The notes below the pieces were generated by a model. It searched no databases and was not told the DNA's origin. It saw only the letters and a list, made by a program, of their open reading frames with translations. The translations under genes were made by a program, and so were the position numbers. From a virus: a stretch of 64,000 nucleotides of DNA. The first letter of the stretch is position 1. Each line of letters opens with the position of its first letter. The DNA is taken from the IMG/VR virus record IMGVR_UViG_3300035126_000631, positions 10,044 to 74,043 of that record. One strand, given 5' to 3'. Below, in pieces: positions 27,379 to 35,716 of the stretch.

Positions 27379-28407
27379 TTATCTGGTTGTGGAGTTATTA
27401 CTCAAGCGGCAAGTGAGGTCGTGGAAGGCGACGGCGGCGCACTGGGGCACAACGCCGTTTCCTGCCAGACGTAACTCGTCCCAGCGCGAATCGCAGGACA
27501 CGCACAACTCGGCATAAGCCAGCCGATTGGCAGTCCCATCAAGGCTTCGCAAAACCTCGGATTCAGCTTGGCCTTCACCAGATAGCCACCCTCGGCCTGA
27601 CTCACATCCTGCCCGAGTGACTTCTGCTTTCTGCCGACCGCCATCCCAGCTTTGCCGTCCCCCGCGTTCGGTGTCGCCCAGCAAGACTCGGGGTGGTTCC
27701 CAGTCATGCTGCTCTTCGCCCGGACGGGCGGGCCAAGGATGCCCCCCTCCCGATAGGCTTGGACTGCCACATCCAAGGTGTCCATCGAGAGCTTCCCGTT
27801 CCGTATGCGGCCCCCTTGGTAGCCACCCTTCGAGTCCCGCGCCGAGGCGGTGGGCCAGGATAAAGACCCTGCGTCGTTGGTGAGGCGCTCCCGCATCGAC
27901 TGACGCCGAGTATAGTCCCGCCTCTGCTCGGTAACCCACGCGCTCCAATTCTCGGAGGACATGGAGCAGAACCGGAGTGCCGGCAGGGTCGCTCCACCCG
28001 TCTCCCTTGAGCTTGGCCGAGACGATGCCTTCGACGTTCTCCAAGAAAACAGCGGTAGGTCGTGCTCGGCGGATGCCGTCGAGGATGAAGGGGAAGAGGT
28101 GTCTCGGGTCTTCATCTCCGGCGCGGACTCCGGCAGCACTGAATGGCTGACATGGAAAACCGCCCGAGATGATCGAGACTCCGGCGAACTCTTCCCAAGG
28201 GAAAGTGCGGAGATCAGGCCAGATCGGAGCCGCATCAAGTTGCCCGCCCTCCATGCGCGAGAGAAGTAACTCGCACGCGAAGGCTTCGATTTCACTGTAA
28301 GCGACTGTCCGCAGACGTTCGCCAACGACTCTACGGATTCCGAGGTCAAGACCTCCATATCCGGTGCATAGACTGATGTGTGTGATGGTAGGATCCACAT
28401 GGTTCAT
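27379..28407 (-). CDS. DNA cytosine-5 methyltransferase, catalytic (alpha-type) chain
   Basis: Motif I SLCTGYGG, IV GGFPCQPFS, VI FLENV, VIII HQRRRVFI and X LRLAGNGVVPQCA. No motif IX visible in this frame. Confidence 0.9.
   Translation of the reverse strand: MNHVDPTITHISLCTGYGGLDLGIRRVVGERLRTVAYSEIEAFACELLLSRMEGGQLDAAPIWPDLRTFPWEEFAGVSIISGGFPCQPFSAAGVRAGDEDPRHLFPFILDGIRRARPTAVFLENVEGIVSAKLKGDGWSDPAGTPVLLHVLRELERVGYRAEAGLYSASVDAGAPHQRRRVFILAHRLGAGLEGWLPRGPHTEREALDGHLGCGSPSLSGGGHPWPARPGEEQHDWEPPRVLLGDTERGGRQSWDGGRQKAEVTRAGCESGRGWLSGEGQAESEVLRSLDGTANRLAYAELCVSCDSRWDELRLAGNGVVPQCAAVAFHDLTCRLSNNSTTR
27402..28400 (-). CDS. overlapping alternate-frame C5-MTase beta-type chain (TRD + motif IX)
   Basis: 332-codon same-strand frame nested in the MTase, with WPTASARD, WATPNAGD and LNPRFCEALMGLPIGW (motif IX). 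The true start is uncertain. Confidence 0.7.
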   Translation of the reverse strand: MWILPSHTSVYAPDMEVLTSESVESLANVCGQSLTVKSKPSRASYFSRAWRAGNLMRLRSGLISALSLGKSSPESRSSRAVFHVSHSVLPESAPEMKTRDTSSPSSSTASAEHDLPLFSWRTSKASSRPSSRETGGATLPALRFCSMSSENWSAWVTEQRRDYTRRQSMRERLTNDAGSLSWPTASARDSKGGYQGGRIRNGKLSMDTLDVAVQAYREGGILGPPVRAKSSMTGNHPESCWATPNAGDGKAGMAVGRKQKSLGQDVSQAEGGYLVKAKLNPRFCEALMGLPIGWLMPSCACPAIRAGTSYVWQETALCPSAPPSPSTTSLAA

Positions 28408-28423
28408 TTGGTGTATGGAGTTA

Positions 28424-28744
28424 TTACTCTACTCCGACATAGACTTGTCGGGTGTAGAACGTGTTGTTGCTATGGAGTTCGCGGTCGCCGATCTTGCCCA
28501 AGGCTTCGATGTCCGCCGCCAAGGCATCCGCCGTGGCCGCGTCTTTCTTGTCCTCGATGCAGCGATCCCACCGCCCGGCCACCGGATCGTAGTCGGGGTT
28601 GTCGTGCTTGTGCGTCAGGATGTGGACGCAGTATGCCTCCTCCTTGCAGCCCCAAGCCTCGGGGTCGAGCGGGTGAATGGTGACGAAGCGGATGCTGATC
28701 GGGTGACGCTGCACCGCTTCAAGGATCTTGGTTCGTAGGTTCAT
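28424..28744 (-). CDS. early hypothetical protein
   Basis: MNLRTK after AGAAAGGAACCAAGTAAC. Confidence 0.6.
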   Translation of the reverse strand: MNLRTKILEAVQRHPISIRFVTIHPLDPEAWGCKEEAYCVHILTHKHDNPDYDPVAGRWDRCIEDKKDAATADALAADIEALGKIGDRELHSNNTFYTRQVYVGVE

Positions 28745-28760
28745 GTTACTTGGTTCCTTT

Positions 28761-28946
28761 CTATTTGGATGAAGACAGACTGTCTTCGAGTTCACCGACT
28801 TTGATTTCCAACTTGTCGTAAAGTGACGACAGTTGCTTGGCAGTTTCCGAATCTCCTCCGGCGTAGGCGTCAGCCAGATAAATGGCTTCGGATGCCAACG
28901 TCATTGCTTCATGGAGGTGCTTCATGGCGGTTGCTGCATGGTTCAT
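28761..28946 (-). CDS. early hypothetical protein
   Basis: MNHAATA after an identical AGAAAGGAACCAAGTAAC leader. Confidence 0.6.
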   Translation of the reverse strand: MNHAATAMKHLHEAMTLASEAIYLADAYAGGDSETAKQLSSLYDKLEIKVGELEDSLSSSK

Positions 28947-28966
28947 GTTACTTGGTTCCTTTCTGG

Positions 28967-29110
28967 TTATTGTTCGATTTCTGAAACGTCCCGCTCTTCG
29001 ATGCTGCACGGGAACTCGGTGATGTTGCCGTTGAGGAACAACTCTTCCGCTTCCTCGGCGGAGTCGGCTTCAACGTGGTAGTGGGCTACTTCTCGGATTA
29101 GGTATTTCAT
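28967..29110 (-). CDS. early small protein
   Basis: MKYLIRE..VEADSAEEAEELF, strong RBS. Confidence 0.6.
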   Translation of the reverse strand: MKYLIREVAHYHVEADSAEEAEELFLNGNITEFPCSIEERDVSEIEQ

Positions 29111-29135
29111 ATGGTGTTTCCTTTCTGGTTGGTTG

Positions 29136-29477
29136 TTATTTGAGTGCCTCGGCGAGTTCGTTCTCGTTGCCCATGAGCGCAGCGAGTTTCTCCACCGCGT
29201 CTGTGAGGCTGATGATCTGCTCATCAGTAGCCTCTTGCTCGTCAGCGACCTCGGCCTTACTGCCGTCGAGAACGCCGGAGCATCCCTCTCCATCAGACCA
29301 GATGTAGACCCCCGCACCATGCAGGGCGTCTATGGTCTCGCCGTCTGTGCTCTCCAAGAGGTTGGAGACTGGCGTGTAGACCGCCGCAGCGGCGATGCGC
29401 TTGGCTTGTTCTTCGGATTCCGCTGCGACATCGAGGGCGATGACTGCGGGGATATGGACTCTGTATTCTTTCTTCAT
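29136..29477 (-). CDS. early hypothetical protein
   Basis: Strong RBS; VAAESEEQA motif similar to the downstream gene. Confidence 0.6.
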   Translation of the reverse strand: MKKEYRVHIPAVIALDVAAESEEQAKRIAAAAVYTPVSNLLESTDGETIDALHGAGVYIWSDGEGCSGVLDGSKAEVADEQEATDEQIISLTDAVEKLAALMGNENELAEALK

Positions 29478-29506
29478 GTGTATGTTTCCTTTCTGTTATG
29501 GTTTTA

Positions 29507-29830
29507 TTACTTGGACGCACGCCTCACCTCTTCACATCGAAGTAGGTCGTGGATGTCCGATAGAACGGAGGACACTGCATCCTTAACTCTCTTCGGCGGT
29601 CTGACATCATCCCCGAAATCGAAGCTCGGGCCTTTGGCATATCGGTAATACGGCTCGGGTATGTCGTCTTCGCCGACCTCTTTGTAGACCCTGACGAGGT
29701 ATTGCTCCCAACTCGGGAGTGTGACGTAGATGTCCACATCCACATACTCCTCGATGTTGTCGATGAGTTTATACTCAAGCAGGAGTCCGTCTTCAGTTTC
29801 CTTGGTTGTCGTTTCGTATTTGCTACTCAC
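29507..29830 (-). CDS. early acidic hypothetical protein
   Basis: GTG start after AGAAAGGAAC. Confidence 0.55.
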   Translation of the reverse strand: MSSKYETTTKETEDGLLLEYKLIDNIEEYVDVDIYVTLPSWEQYLVRVYKEVGEDDIPEPYYRYAKGPSFDFGDDVRPPKRVKDAVSSVLSDIHDLLRCEEVRRASK

Positions 29831-29858
29831 GGTGTTTAGTTCCTTTCTTATTATGGGT

Positions 29859-30287
29859 TTATGATTTGGTCGCACGGGCGATAGCCTCGTCGACGATGTT
29901 GGCCGTGCCTCCGATCTCATCCTTCACATCTTCCAGCCGCCCATCAGCAGCGGCATCGAGACAAGTCAGGGCCAAGCGCAGTGCGTCGAGCATCGCCGGT
30001 GCAGCAGCAACCAAGTTGACTGTCGCTTGCCATCCCTTGTCGGAGAGGCAGGCAGCCTTGTGGTCGGTGTCGGAGACTTCGTCGGGACGAACCCGATGCA
30101 GCGTGGCAATATCCAATCCATCCTCATTGCAGAGGAAGGAGCAGTTGTTGTCGCTCGCTTCAACATGGGCGAAGGCTCGGTCTTCGCGATTGCCGTGAAG
30201 AACGCAGTCGTCGGAAGGGCAGGGGTATTTCCACTTGCCGCCATCTTCGCGTCCGCATTCAGGACAGGGTTGGTTGAGTGTAGTCAT
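29859..30287 (-). CDS. early hypothetical protein (CxxC; NLVAAAPAMLDAL motif)
   Basis: MTTLNQPCPEC; the AAAP-type motif is common in phage early genes. Confidence 0.6.
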   Translation of the reverse strand: MTTLNQPCPECGREDGGKWKYPCPSDDCVLHGNREDRAFAHVEASDNNCSFLCNEDGLDIATLHRVRPDEVSDTDHKAACLSDKGWQATVNLVAAAPAMLDALRLALTCLDAAADGRLEDVKDEIGGTANIVDEAIARATKS

Positions 30288-30318
30288 TAGTATTGGTTCC
30301 TTTCTTGTTGTGGGTTTA

Positions 30319-30618
30319 TTACTGCTTCGCCAACTTGATCGCCTCGGTGAGGACATGGACTCGGGCGTCGAGCATATCCTGTGACGGGAAACAATCCTCA
30401 TTGGTGGCATCCTGCTTGCACCACGCGAGGGCTTCACGCAGCACGTTGCAGAGTTTCTTGTGACGCTTCTCGACTTCGTAGATGCCTGGAACGACATCCT
30501 CGTCGATGAGGTCGAGGCCGTTCTCTACTTGGATCGCGTCCGCCGGATTGCTGCAATAGAACGATGCAGCCTCGGCGGCGAGCTTAAGTTGGTTAATCAT
30601 TTCGGATGTTGGTTTCAT
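30319..30618 (-). CDS. early hypothetical protein
   Basis: Strong RBS. Confidence 0.6.
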   Translation of the reverse strand: MKPTSEMINQLKLAAEAASFYCSNPADAIQVENGLDLIDEDVVPGIYEVEKRHKKLCNVLREALAWCKQDATNEDCFPSQDMLDARVHVLTEAIKLAKQ

Positions 30619-30639
30619 TGGGTTCCTTTCGTTGGTTGT

Positions 30640-30774
30640 TTAATCCTGACACTCCGCCGGCAACTCCAGGTCGCCGCACTCACGCTCCGAGTCGCAATCG
30701 CGACAGGTCAGCGAGAACTCATTGGTGTGTTGCTTCTCGCAGCACACGCACTCGTAACTCGGTTCAGGGTTCAT
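30640..30774 (-). CDS. small zinc-finger-like protein (44 aa)
   Basis: Hand-translated MNPEPSYECVCCEK...CRDC...QD*, ATGA-coupled. Confidence 0.5.
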   Translation of the reverse strand: MNPEPSYECVCCEKQHTNEFSLTCRDCDSERECGDLELPAECQD

Positions 30775-30983
30775 AGGTCGAACGTGTGATGCTCCATGTC
30801 CGACTCGCACAGGAGCTTGAAGACCGCCGCATCGTTGCCGTGAGGCCCGTAGGGGTCAGGGTCGTCCAAGCGCAGATGCTCGGTGTGGGTGTATGCCTTG
30901 CCGTTGGGGGCAAGGATGTGAACCTCGGCGTTCGAACCATCGGTGCAGACGTAGAGGGTGGATTCGGTGTCGATCTCAATCAT
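30771..30983 (-). CDS. early acidic small protein
   Basis: Strong RBS. Confidence 0.6.
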   Translation of the reverse strand: MIEIDTESTLYVCTDGSNAEVHILAPNGKAYTHTEHLRLDDPDPYGPHGNDAAVFKLLCESDMEHHTFDL

Positions 30984-31012
30984 GGTTTTGGTTTCCTTTC
31001 GTTGTTGGTTGT

Positions 31013-31198
31013 TTAATCCTCAATGCCGACTGCTTCTTTGTAAGCATCCTCAATGTCGGAGAGGCGTTCTTTGAACTCCTCCAGCATTTCCCTGCGGGAG
31101 TCGTAGCCGATGTCTTTATATGACTGTCCGTTGAGTAGATCGCATACGTCGAAGTAGCACTGCTGAATGTCGGCCAGTCGGTTTCCCTGTATTCCCAT
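31013..31198 (-). CDS. early small protein
   Basis: MGIQGNR after AGAAAGGAAC. Confidence 0.55.
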   Translation of the reverse strand: MGIQGNRLADIQQCYFDVCDLLNGQSYKDIGYDSRREMLEEFKERLSDIEDAYKEAVGIED

Positions 31199-31212
31199 AT
31201 TGATGTTCCTTT

Positions 31213-31401
31213 CTATTTGTCGTGTTGGTTGTTCGGGTCTTTGACCCACTCGATGTCGATGCCTAACTCGGTCAGCGCGTCGAGGTCGCGATGATCGATG
31301 GTGGTCTTTCCGGTCAGACGTTGGACATAAGGGCCAAGGTGTCCGGTCGGATAGATGCTCTGGCGTCCGTAGACGCTGCGCTCGAATAGTTGCAGTCTCA
31401 T
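31213..31401 (-). CDS. early small protein
   Basis: MRLQLFERSVYG...LTGKTTI..LDALTELG. Confidence 0.6.
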   Translation of the reverse strand: MRLQLFERSVYGRQSIYPTGHLGPYVQRLTGKTTIDHRDLDALTELGIDIEWVKDPNNQHDK

Positions 31402-31580
31402 GGTTCCATTTCCTTTCGTTTGTTGTTGCAGACTTGCACCAGCATCTCTTGCGTGATGTGCATCCCGCATGGTGCTGTGTAGTCGATTGGTTGATCGGGG
31501 AATTCGGAACTCGTCACTCGTTCGCCGTCGAACAAGACGCGCACTTTCTCCCCCGCAATGTTGAGCGTGATCGGTTCCAT
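31398..31580 (-). CDS. early small protein
   Basis: MEPITLNIAG, coupled at both ends. Confidence 0.5.
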   Translation of the reverse strand: MEPITLNIAGEKVRVLFDGERVTSSEFPDQPIDYTAPCGMHITQEMLVQVCNNKRKEMEP

Positions 31581-32149
31581 CAGTTCCTCCCGCTCATCTG
31601 CTTCCACGTTGCCAAGTCGAACTCGGCAAACGTCATGGCAGGGAACATCTCGCGCACCTTGCGCTTGGCCCGTGCCTCGATGTTCAAGTATTTCGGCGAC
31701 AGCTTGTCGGGTGTGGTTGCTGGAATGCCGCGCAGCTTGGCGACCTTGCGGAGCCAACGCAGAATGTGAACGTCGAGCACGACATACTCCTGATGCGGTC
31801 TGCTGTGCAGCAGAAACATCCGCGCCGTCTTATGGCCGATGCCGTGGATCGACAGTAGATCGTGCAGCGAACAGCCGCGCAGATCCAAGTCGAGCACGGC
31901 ACTCGTTGCGGGGATCGTCCGTTCCTCGTAAGGGCCGAGGCCGATGTGGCGCATGATGTCGCCGATCCGGTTGCGGTGCTGGCGCAACTCGGCGAACGGA
32001 CTCGGGTTGCCGAGGTAGGTCAACAGATCGTTGACCTTCGTCGCTGCGAGGTCTGATTTCTTCCCTGCCACGGCAATGCAGAAGAGCATGAACTCTTCGA
32101 GTTGCTCGTCGGTGCGGTGGTAGTTGGTGACTTCGGTGGGTATAATCAT
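31580..32149 (-). CDS. helix-hairpin-helix DNA glycosylase (Ogg-like)
   Basis: LLSIHGIGHKTARMF (HhH with Lys) followed by VVLDVHILRWL (catalytic Asp). Confidence 0.75.
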   Translation of the reverse strand: MIIPTEVTNYHRTDEQLEEFMLFCIAVAGKKSDLAATKVNDLLTYLGNPSPFAELRQHRNRIGDIMRHIGLGPYEERTIPATSAVLDLDLRGCSLHDLLSIHGIGHKTARMFLLHSRPHQEYVVLDVHILRWLRKVAKLRGIPATTPDKLSPKYLNIEARAKRKVREMFPAMTFAEFDLATWKQMSGRN

Positions 32150-32175
32150 ATTAGTTCCTTTCTTGTGTGGGGTTA

Positions 32176-32358
32176 TTACAAAGCCTCATCGAATTCGATG
32201 GGTAGGGTGAGTTGCGGGTCGGCTTGCTCTTTCCGGGCAAGCTGGACGAGGTGCGCGTGACGCAAGACGAGTGAAGAGAGGCGCAATGCCGCCTCGATGT
32301 CGTAGTCGTGGGTCGCATTGAAGTGCGCCGCCGACTCAAGGATCAGTGATTTGTTCAT
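32176..32358 (-). CDS. early small protein
   Basis: MNKSLILE after an RBS. Confidence 0.55.
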   Translation of the reverse strand: MNKSLILESAAHFNATHDYDIEAALRLSSLVLRHAHLVQLARKEQADPQLTLPIEFDEAL

Positions 32359-32378
32359 GTGGTTTCCTTTCTGTTTGG

Positions 32379-32717
32379 TTAAGCGGCCTCGCACGAAACG
32401 CTTCGCGCAAAAGCCAAGACTTGTTCCGGCGTGTCCAAGACAAAGTGAACAGTCGGGGTGGAGTTGTCTGCCGGATCGCCGTCGATATGCCAGATCTCCG
32501 ACCTCTCATTGCTGATGTGCCGGATGCTGACATGGATCCGGTCGCCGACTTCGGGGACGCTGGCATCCTCAAATGCGGTGAGCATGATCTCGGTGTTCCA
32601 GTTCTCGTCGGTGAACTCGGGGTATCGATGGGTGACGAGGGCATCGCAGCCCCCGCCAGTCCCGATCTTGCAGAACCCGCACTTGCGGAGTTCTTCGTGT
32701 AGTTCTTCGGTTGTCAT
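32379..32717 (-). CDS. early hypothetical protein
   Basis: Strong RBS; TGGGCDAL motif. Confidence 0.6.
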   Translation of the reverse strand: MTTEELHEELRKCGFCKIGTGGGCDALVTHRYPEFTDENWNTEIMLTAFEDASVPEVGDRIHVSIRHISNERSEIWHIDGDPADNSTPTVHFVLDTPEQVLAFARSVSCEAA

Positions 32718-32729
32718 GTTGGTTCCTTT

Positions 32730-33233
32730 CTATTTGGTTAGTTCGGTGACGACGTAATCGTTCTTCACTCGGGAGTCCTTGAGGATGTCGCGGATGTCGT
32801 CCTTGGTGAACGCAGTCGTGGCATACGCTTGCACTTGGTAGTCGTCACCCTCCGAAGGATGAATCCACGCAGACAAGCGGTGCTTGTATCCCTGCCGGAT
32901 CATCTTGGCATCCAACGCCGCTTGCTCCTTGGCTTTCTTCGCTTCGATCTTGGCCCACTCGCGTTGGAACTTTGCGGCCCGCTTGGCGTAGCTCTTCTCC
33001 TTGCGCTCCAACTTGGCGATGCCTTTGCCGTCGATGAACTCGGCAAGCAACTCTTTGGCTCGCTTGTTGAAGTCCTCCTTGTCGATGGTCTTGTCGCGCA
33101 GGAACTCGGACTCGGCATTACAAGCGCCATTACGGAGCGCGACTTTCAACTGCAAGCCGTAGCCCGCATACATATTGGAACATGGGCTGATCTCGTAGTA
33201 AACGGACTGCCCTTTGCGTGTGTATTTCTTCAT
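32730..33233 (-). CDS. early hypothetical protein
   Basis: 167 aa, strong RBS. Confidence 0.65.
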   Translation of the reverse strand: MKKYTRKGQSVYYEISPCSNMYAGYGLQLKVALRNGACNAESEFLRDKTIDKEDFNKRAKELLAEFIDGKGIAKLERKEKSYAKRAAKFQREWAKIEAKKAKEQAALDAKMIRQGYKHRLSAWIHPSEGDDYQVQAYATTAFTKDDIRDILKDSRVKNDYVVTELTK

Positions 33234-33263
33234 GTGTTTTCCTTTCGTTGTCCGGTGATCGGA

Positions 33264-33536
33264 CTAATCATTGGTGATAGTGGTTTTCGGTGTGACGCCT
33301 TCGTTCTCCATCCACGCAAACAAGCGGGGTTCGAGGTCGGCGAGTTTGTCGGAGATGAACGAGTCGTTCTCGAGGACGAGCATATATTTGCCGTTGTCGG
33401 TCTCCTCGATGATGTAGTTGGCATACGGCTCCACCGGATCGTGGATGCCGTTGTAAACCCATGCGACCATTGGGCCATCAGGGTTCTTGAACTCGTCCTT
33501 CGGGAACGTGTGCAGTTGTTTCGGGTATGTTTTCAT
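33264..33536 (-). CDS. early hypothetical protein
   Basis: MKTYPKQ; its TAG stop lies inside a palindrome copy. Confidence 0.6.
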   Translation of the reverse strand: MKTYPKQLHTFPKDEFKNPDGPMVAWVYNGIHDPVEPYANYIIEETDNGKYMLVLENDSFISDKLADLEPRLFAWMENEGVTPKTTITND

Positions 33537-33859
33537 TTGACCTCCCATTTGATTTCTTCAGTTAGCTTCACGACTTCCGACCAATCGTTCGTCGCAAGCA
33601 GTGTCTTCATCTCGTTCTCACCAGCGTGAGGAGTGAGCAGCACTACGGCATAGCGAAACCCTTGGTCGCCGTTCTCGCGTAGTGACGGGTCTTTGTAATC
33701 GACGAAGACCATGAGCGTCTTCGGGTGAACAGCACCCGCGTCGATCTCTCGTGCGATACTCGGACACGCATCGTGGCTCCACGACGAGTCGTTGAATCCT
33801 TCCAACTCTGGAAGGGTGTCGTCGTAATCAGGGAACATTACTTTGTATTTTGGTTTCAT
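33533..33859 (-). CDS. early hypothetical protein
   Basis: MKPKYKV..FNDSSWSHDACPS. Confidence 0.65.
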   Translation of the reverse strand: MKPKYKVMFPDYDDTLPELEGFNDSSWSHDACPSIAREIDAGAVHPKTLMVFVDYKDPSLRENGDQGFRYAVVLLTPHAGENEMKTLLATNDWSEVVKLTEEIKWEVK

Positions 33860-33861
33860 AT

Positions 33862-34227
33862 TCAGTTTCCTTTCTGTGGTAGGTTTGCTTCTTCGATCCC
33901 CAGCCAAGACCAACGCTCCAAGGTGCGCTTGTATCCGGTGGGCTTTTCTTTCGTGCTGCTCAAGCTGGCGATGATGCTGTCGGCATACTCGCACAGCGTG
34001 TCGGTGTCGGTGTCGATGGGTAGCCCTGTGCAGTAGGACGCATCGTCCAGTCCCTCCCAATCGCTGTTGGCGTTTTCGCGCCAGTCGATTGAGAAGCGCA
34101 AGAGCGGCGTATCGTCTGGATCTTCATCGTTGTAGTCGCCGCTCCATCCCTCGCCGATGTCCTCCCAAACGAAGCGGATGTTGTCTTTGATTACTTCGAT
34201 GTCGGTGAATGGTGGATATGTTTTCAT
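33862..34227 (-). CDS. early acidic protein
   Basis: EDIGEGWSGDYNDEDPDDTPLLRF..DDASYCT; strongly acidic. Confidence 0.65.
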   Translation of the reverse strand: MKTYPPFTDIEVIKDNIRFVWEDIGEGWSGDYNDEDPDDTPLLRFSIDWRENANSDWEGLDDASYCTGLPIDTDTDTLCEYADSIIASLSSTKEKPTGYKRTLERWSWLGIEEANLPQKGN

Positions 34228-34243
34228 ATTCAGTTTCCTTTCT

Positions 34244-34519
34244 TTAGTTGTTGAGTTTGGGATGCTGCTGCACCCACTTCAGTTCCTTGTGCGCCTTACT
34301 CATCTCAAGCATGACGCACAGTTTCCGCCACGCCTTGCGGGCATGGTCGTTGGCAATACCGAATTGCCTCTCGTCGAGAGCGTGCGAGGCACGCTCCATC
34401 TCCGCATCGGCACAATCGAAGTGCTCCACGATGCACGCTTCATGCTGCATGATGCGGTAATCCAGCCACGGGATCATCGTGCCGCCCGTCTCGATCGGCT
34501 TGAGTAGTGTCCTGCTCAT
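34244..34519 (-). CDS. early hypothetical protein
   Basis: 91-aa ORF immediately downstream of a palindrome copy. Confidence 0.55.
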   Translation of the reverse strand: MSRTLLKPIETGGTMIPWLDYRIMQHEACIVEHFDCADAEMERASHALDERQFGIANDHARKAWRKLCVMLEMSKAHKELKWVQQHPKLNN

Positions 34520-34542
34520 AGGTCAGTTGTCCGGTGACCGGA

Positions 34543-35661
34543 CTACACGATGCCGTCGAGAAGACGCTGGCTCTGCGGGATGAAGCTGCTCATACCCTGC
34601 AACTGTTCGAGTTCCTCTTCCGCCGTCAGATCGACCTCGCGCATCGTGGCGTAGGTCGCCAGATCGTCGTCGAGGTTGTGCTGCGTCAGACCAATGTCCT
34701 CGGAACGTGCGGCCAAGCCGTCATACTTTCCGCTCGGCACTGTGACTGTGCTGTATGCACCTTCGGACTTCTTCTCGAAGCGGAACTCCGAGAGCTTGGG
34801 CTGCGAACCTCGGGGGCCGGAAGCCCATGAGGTGTCGATGGGGGCAAGGCTGCGACCGAGGCTGGCCGAAGCGTATTGCGACTCGCGGCTGGTCGTGTCG
34901 CCGTGCAGCCAGCGACTCACCTTGGGATCGCCGCCGTTCTTCGGGAACTCCAACCATGACCAGTCGTCGATGGCGAAGGCTTCGAGCGACTTGCAACGCC
35001 ACGCATCGCCGATCGCTTCGACAATCTCCGGCTTCGTGCCGAAGATCCAGCGACCTTTCTTGGTGATGCCAGCATACAACGACGCCATCGAATCGACGGC
35101 GACGATGAGCTTGCCGCTCGGGGCGAGGGCGAGGAACGCAGCGTAGCCCGTGATGTGCATCATGGCTTCCCGCTGTTTCTCCGGATCGCCAGCGTTGTCG
35201 GTCAACGCATAGAGCAAGTGCTGCGAATCGCACGTTGCCTTGTTGTGGTGCTTGGTCTGCTTGCCGTGCCAAGTGACCACGCCATTGTGGGCCAACGACC
35301 AGCCGTCATGCCGGAACGGGTGCGTGTTGCCAAGGTTCACGGCACACGTTGCAGTGCGTCCGTGGACGATGGTGGACTTCATCCGGTTGTAGTATCCGGT
35401 CTGCTCGAACCGCTTGCTGGCGGCGAAGGCGGAGAAGCCGTCTCCCGCGAGCTTGGACAACTGGGGCAACGCATCGAGCGTGCGGAAGTCATCGGGTTTC
35501 ACATAGCGACCGCGCAGACCATTGGGTCCGGCTTGGGCGAAACCGAAGCCGTGACGCTCGGTTCTGCCGATTGCTTCTGCCGCTGCGACAAGGGCTTTGT
35601 CGGCGGAGTGTCGGGTCAAAGGCGAGGCTTTGCTCGCTGTCCATCCTGCTAATTTACACAT
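34543..35661 (-). CDS. class II (Ntn) glutamine amidotransferase
   Basis: N-terminal Met-Cys, HGFG, HGRTAT, NTHPF, LAHNGVV and CDSQ. Confidence 0.9.
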   Translation of the reverse strand: MCKLAGWTASKASPLTRHSADKALVAAAEAIGRTERHGFGFAQAGPNGLRGRYVKPDDFRTLDALPQLSKLAGDGFSAFAASKRFEQTGYYNRMKSTIVHGRTATCAVNLGNTHPFRHDGWSLAHNGVVTWHGKQTKHHNKATCDSQHLLYALTDNAGDPEKQREAMMHITGYAAFLALAPSGKLIVAVDSMASLYAGITKKGRWIFGTKPEIVEAIGDAWRCKSLEAFAIDDWSWLEFPKNGGDPKVSRWLHGDTTSRESQYASASLGRSLAPIDTSWASGPRGSQPKLSEFRFEKKSEGAYSTVTVPSGKYDGLAARSEDIGLTQHNLDDDLATYATMREVDLTAEEELEQLQGMSSFIPQSQRLLDGIV

Positions 35662-35716
35662 GGTATTTGTTTCCTTTCGTTATGGTTGATGTTGTTTGTC
35701 CGGTGATCGGACTAGT

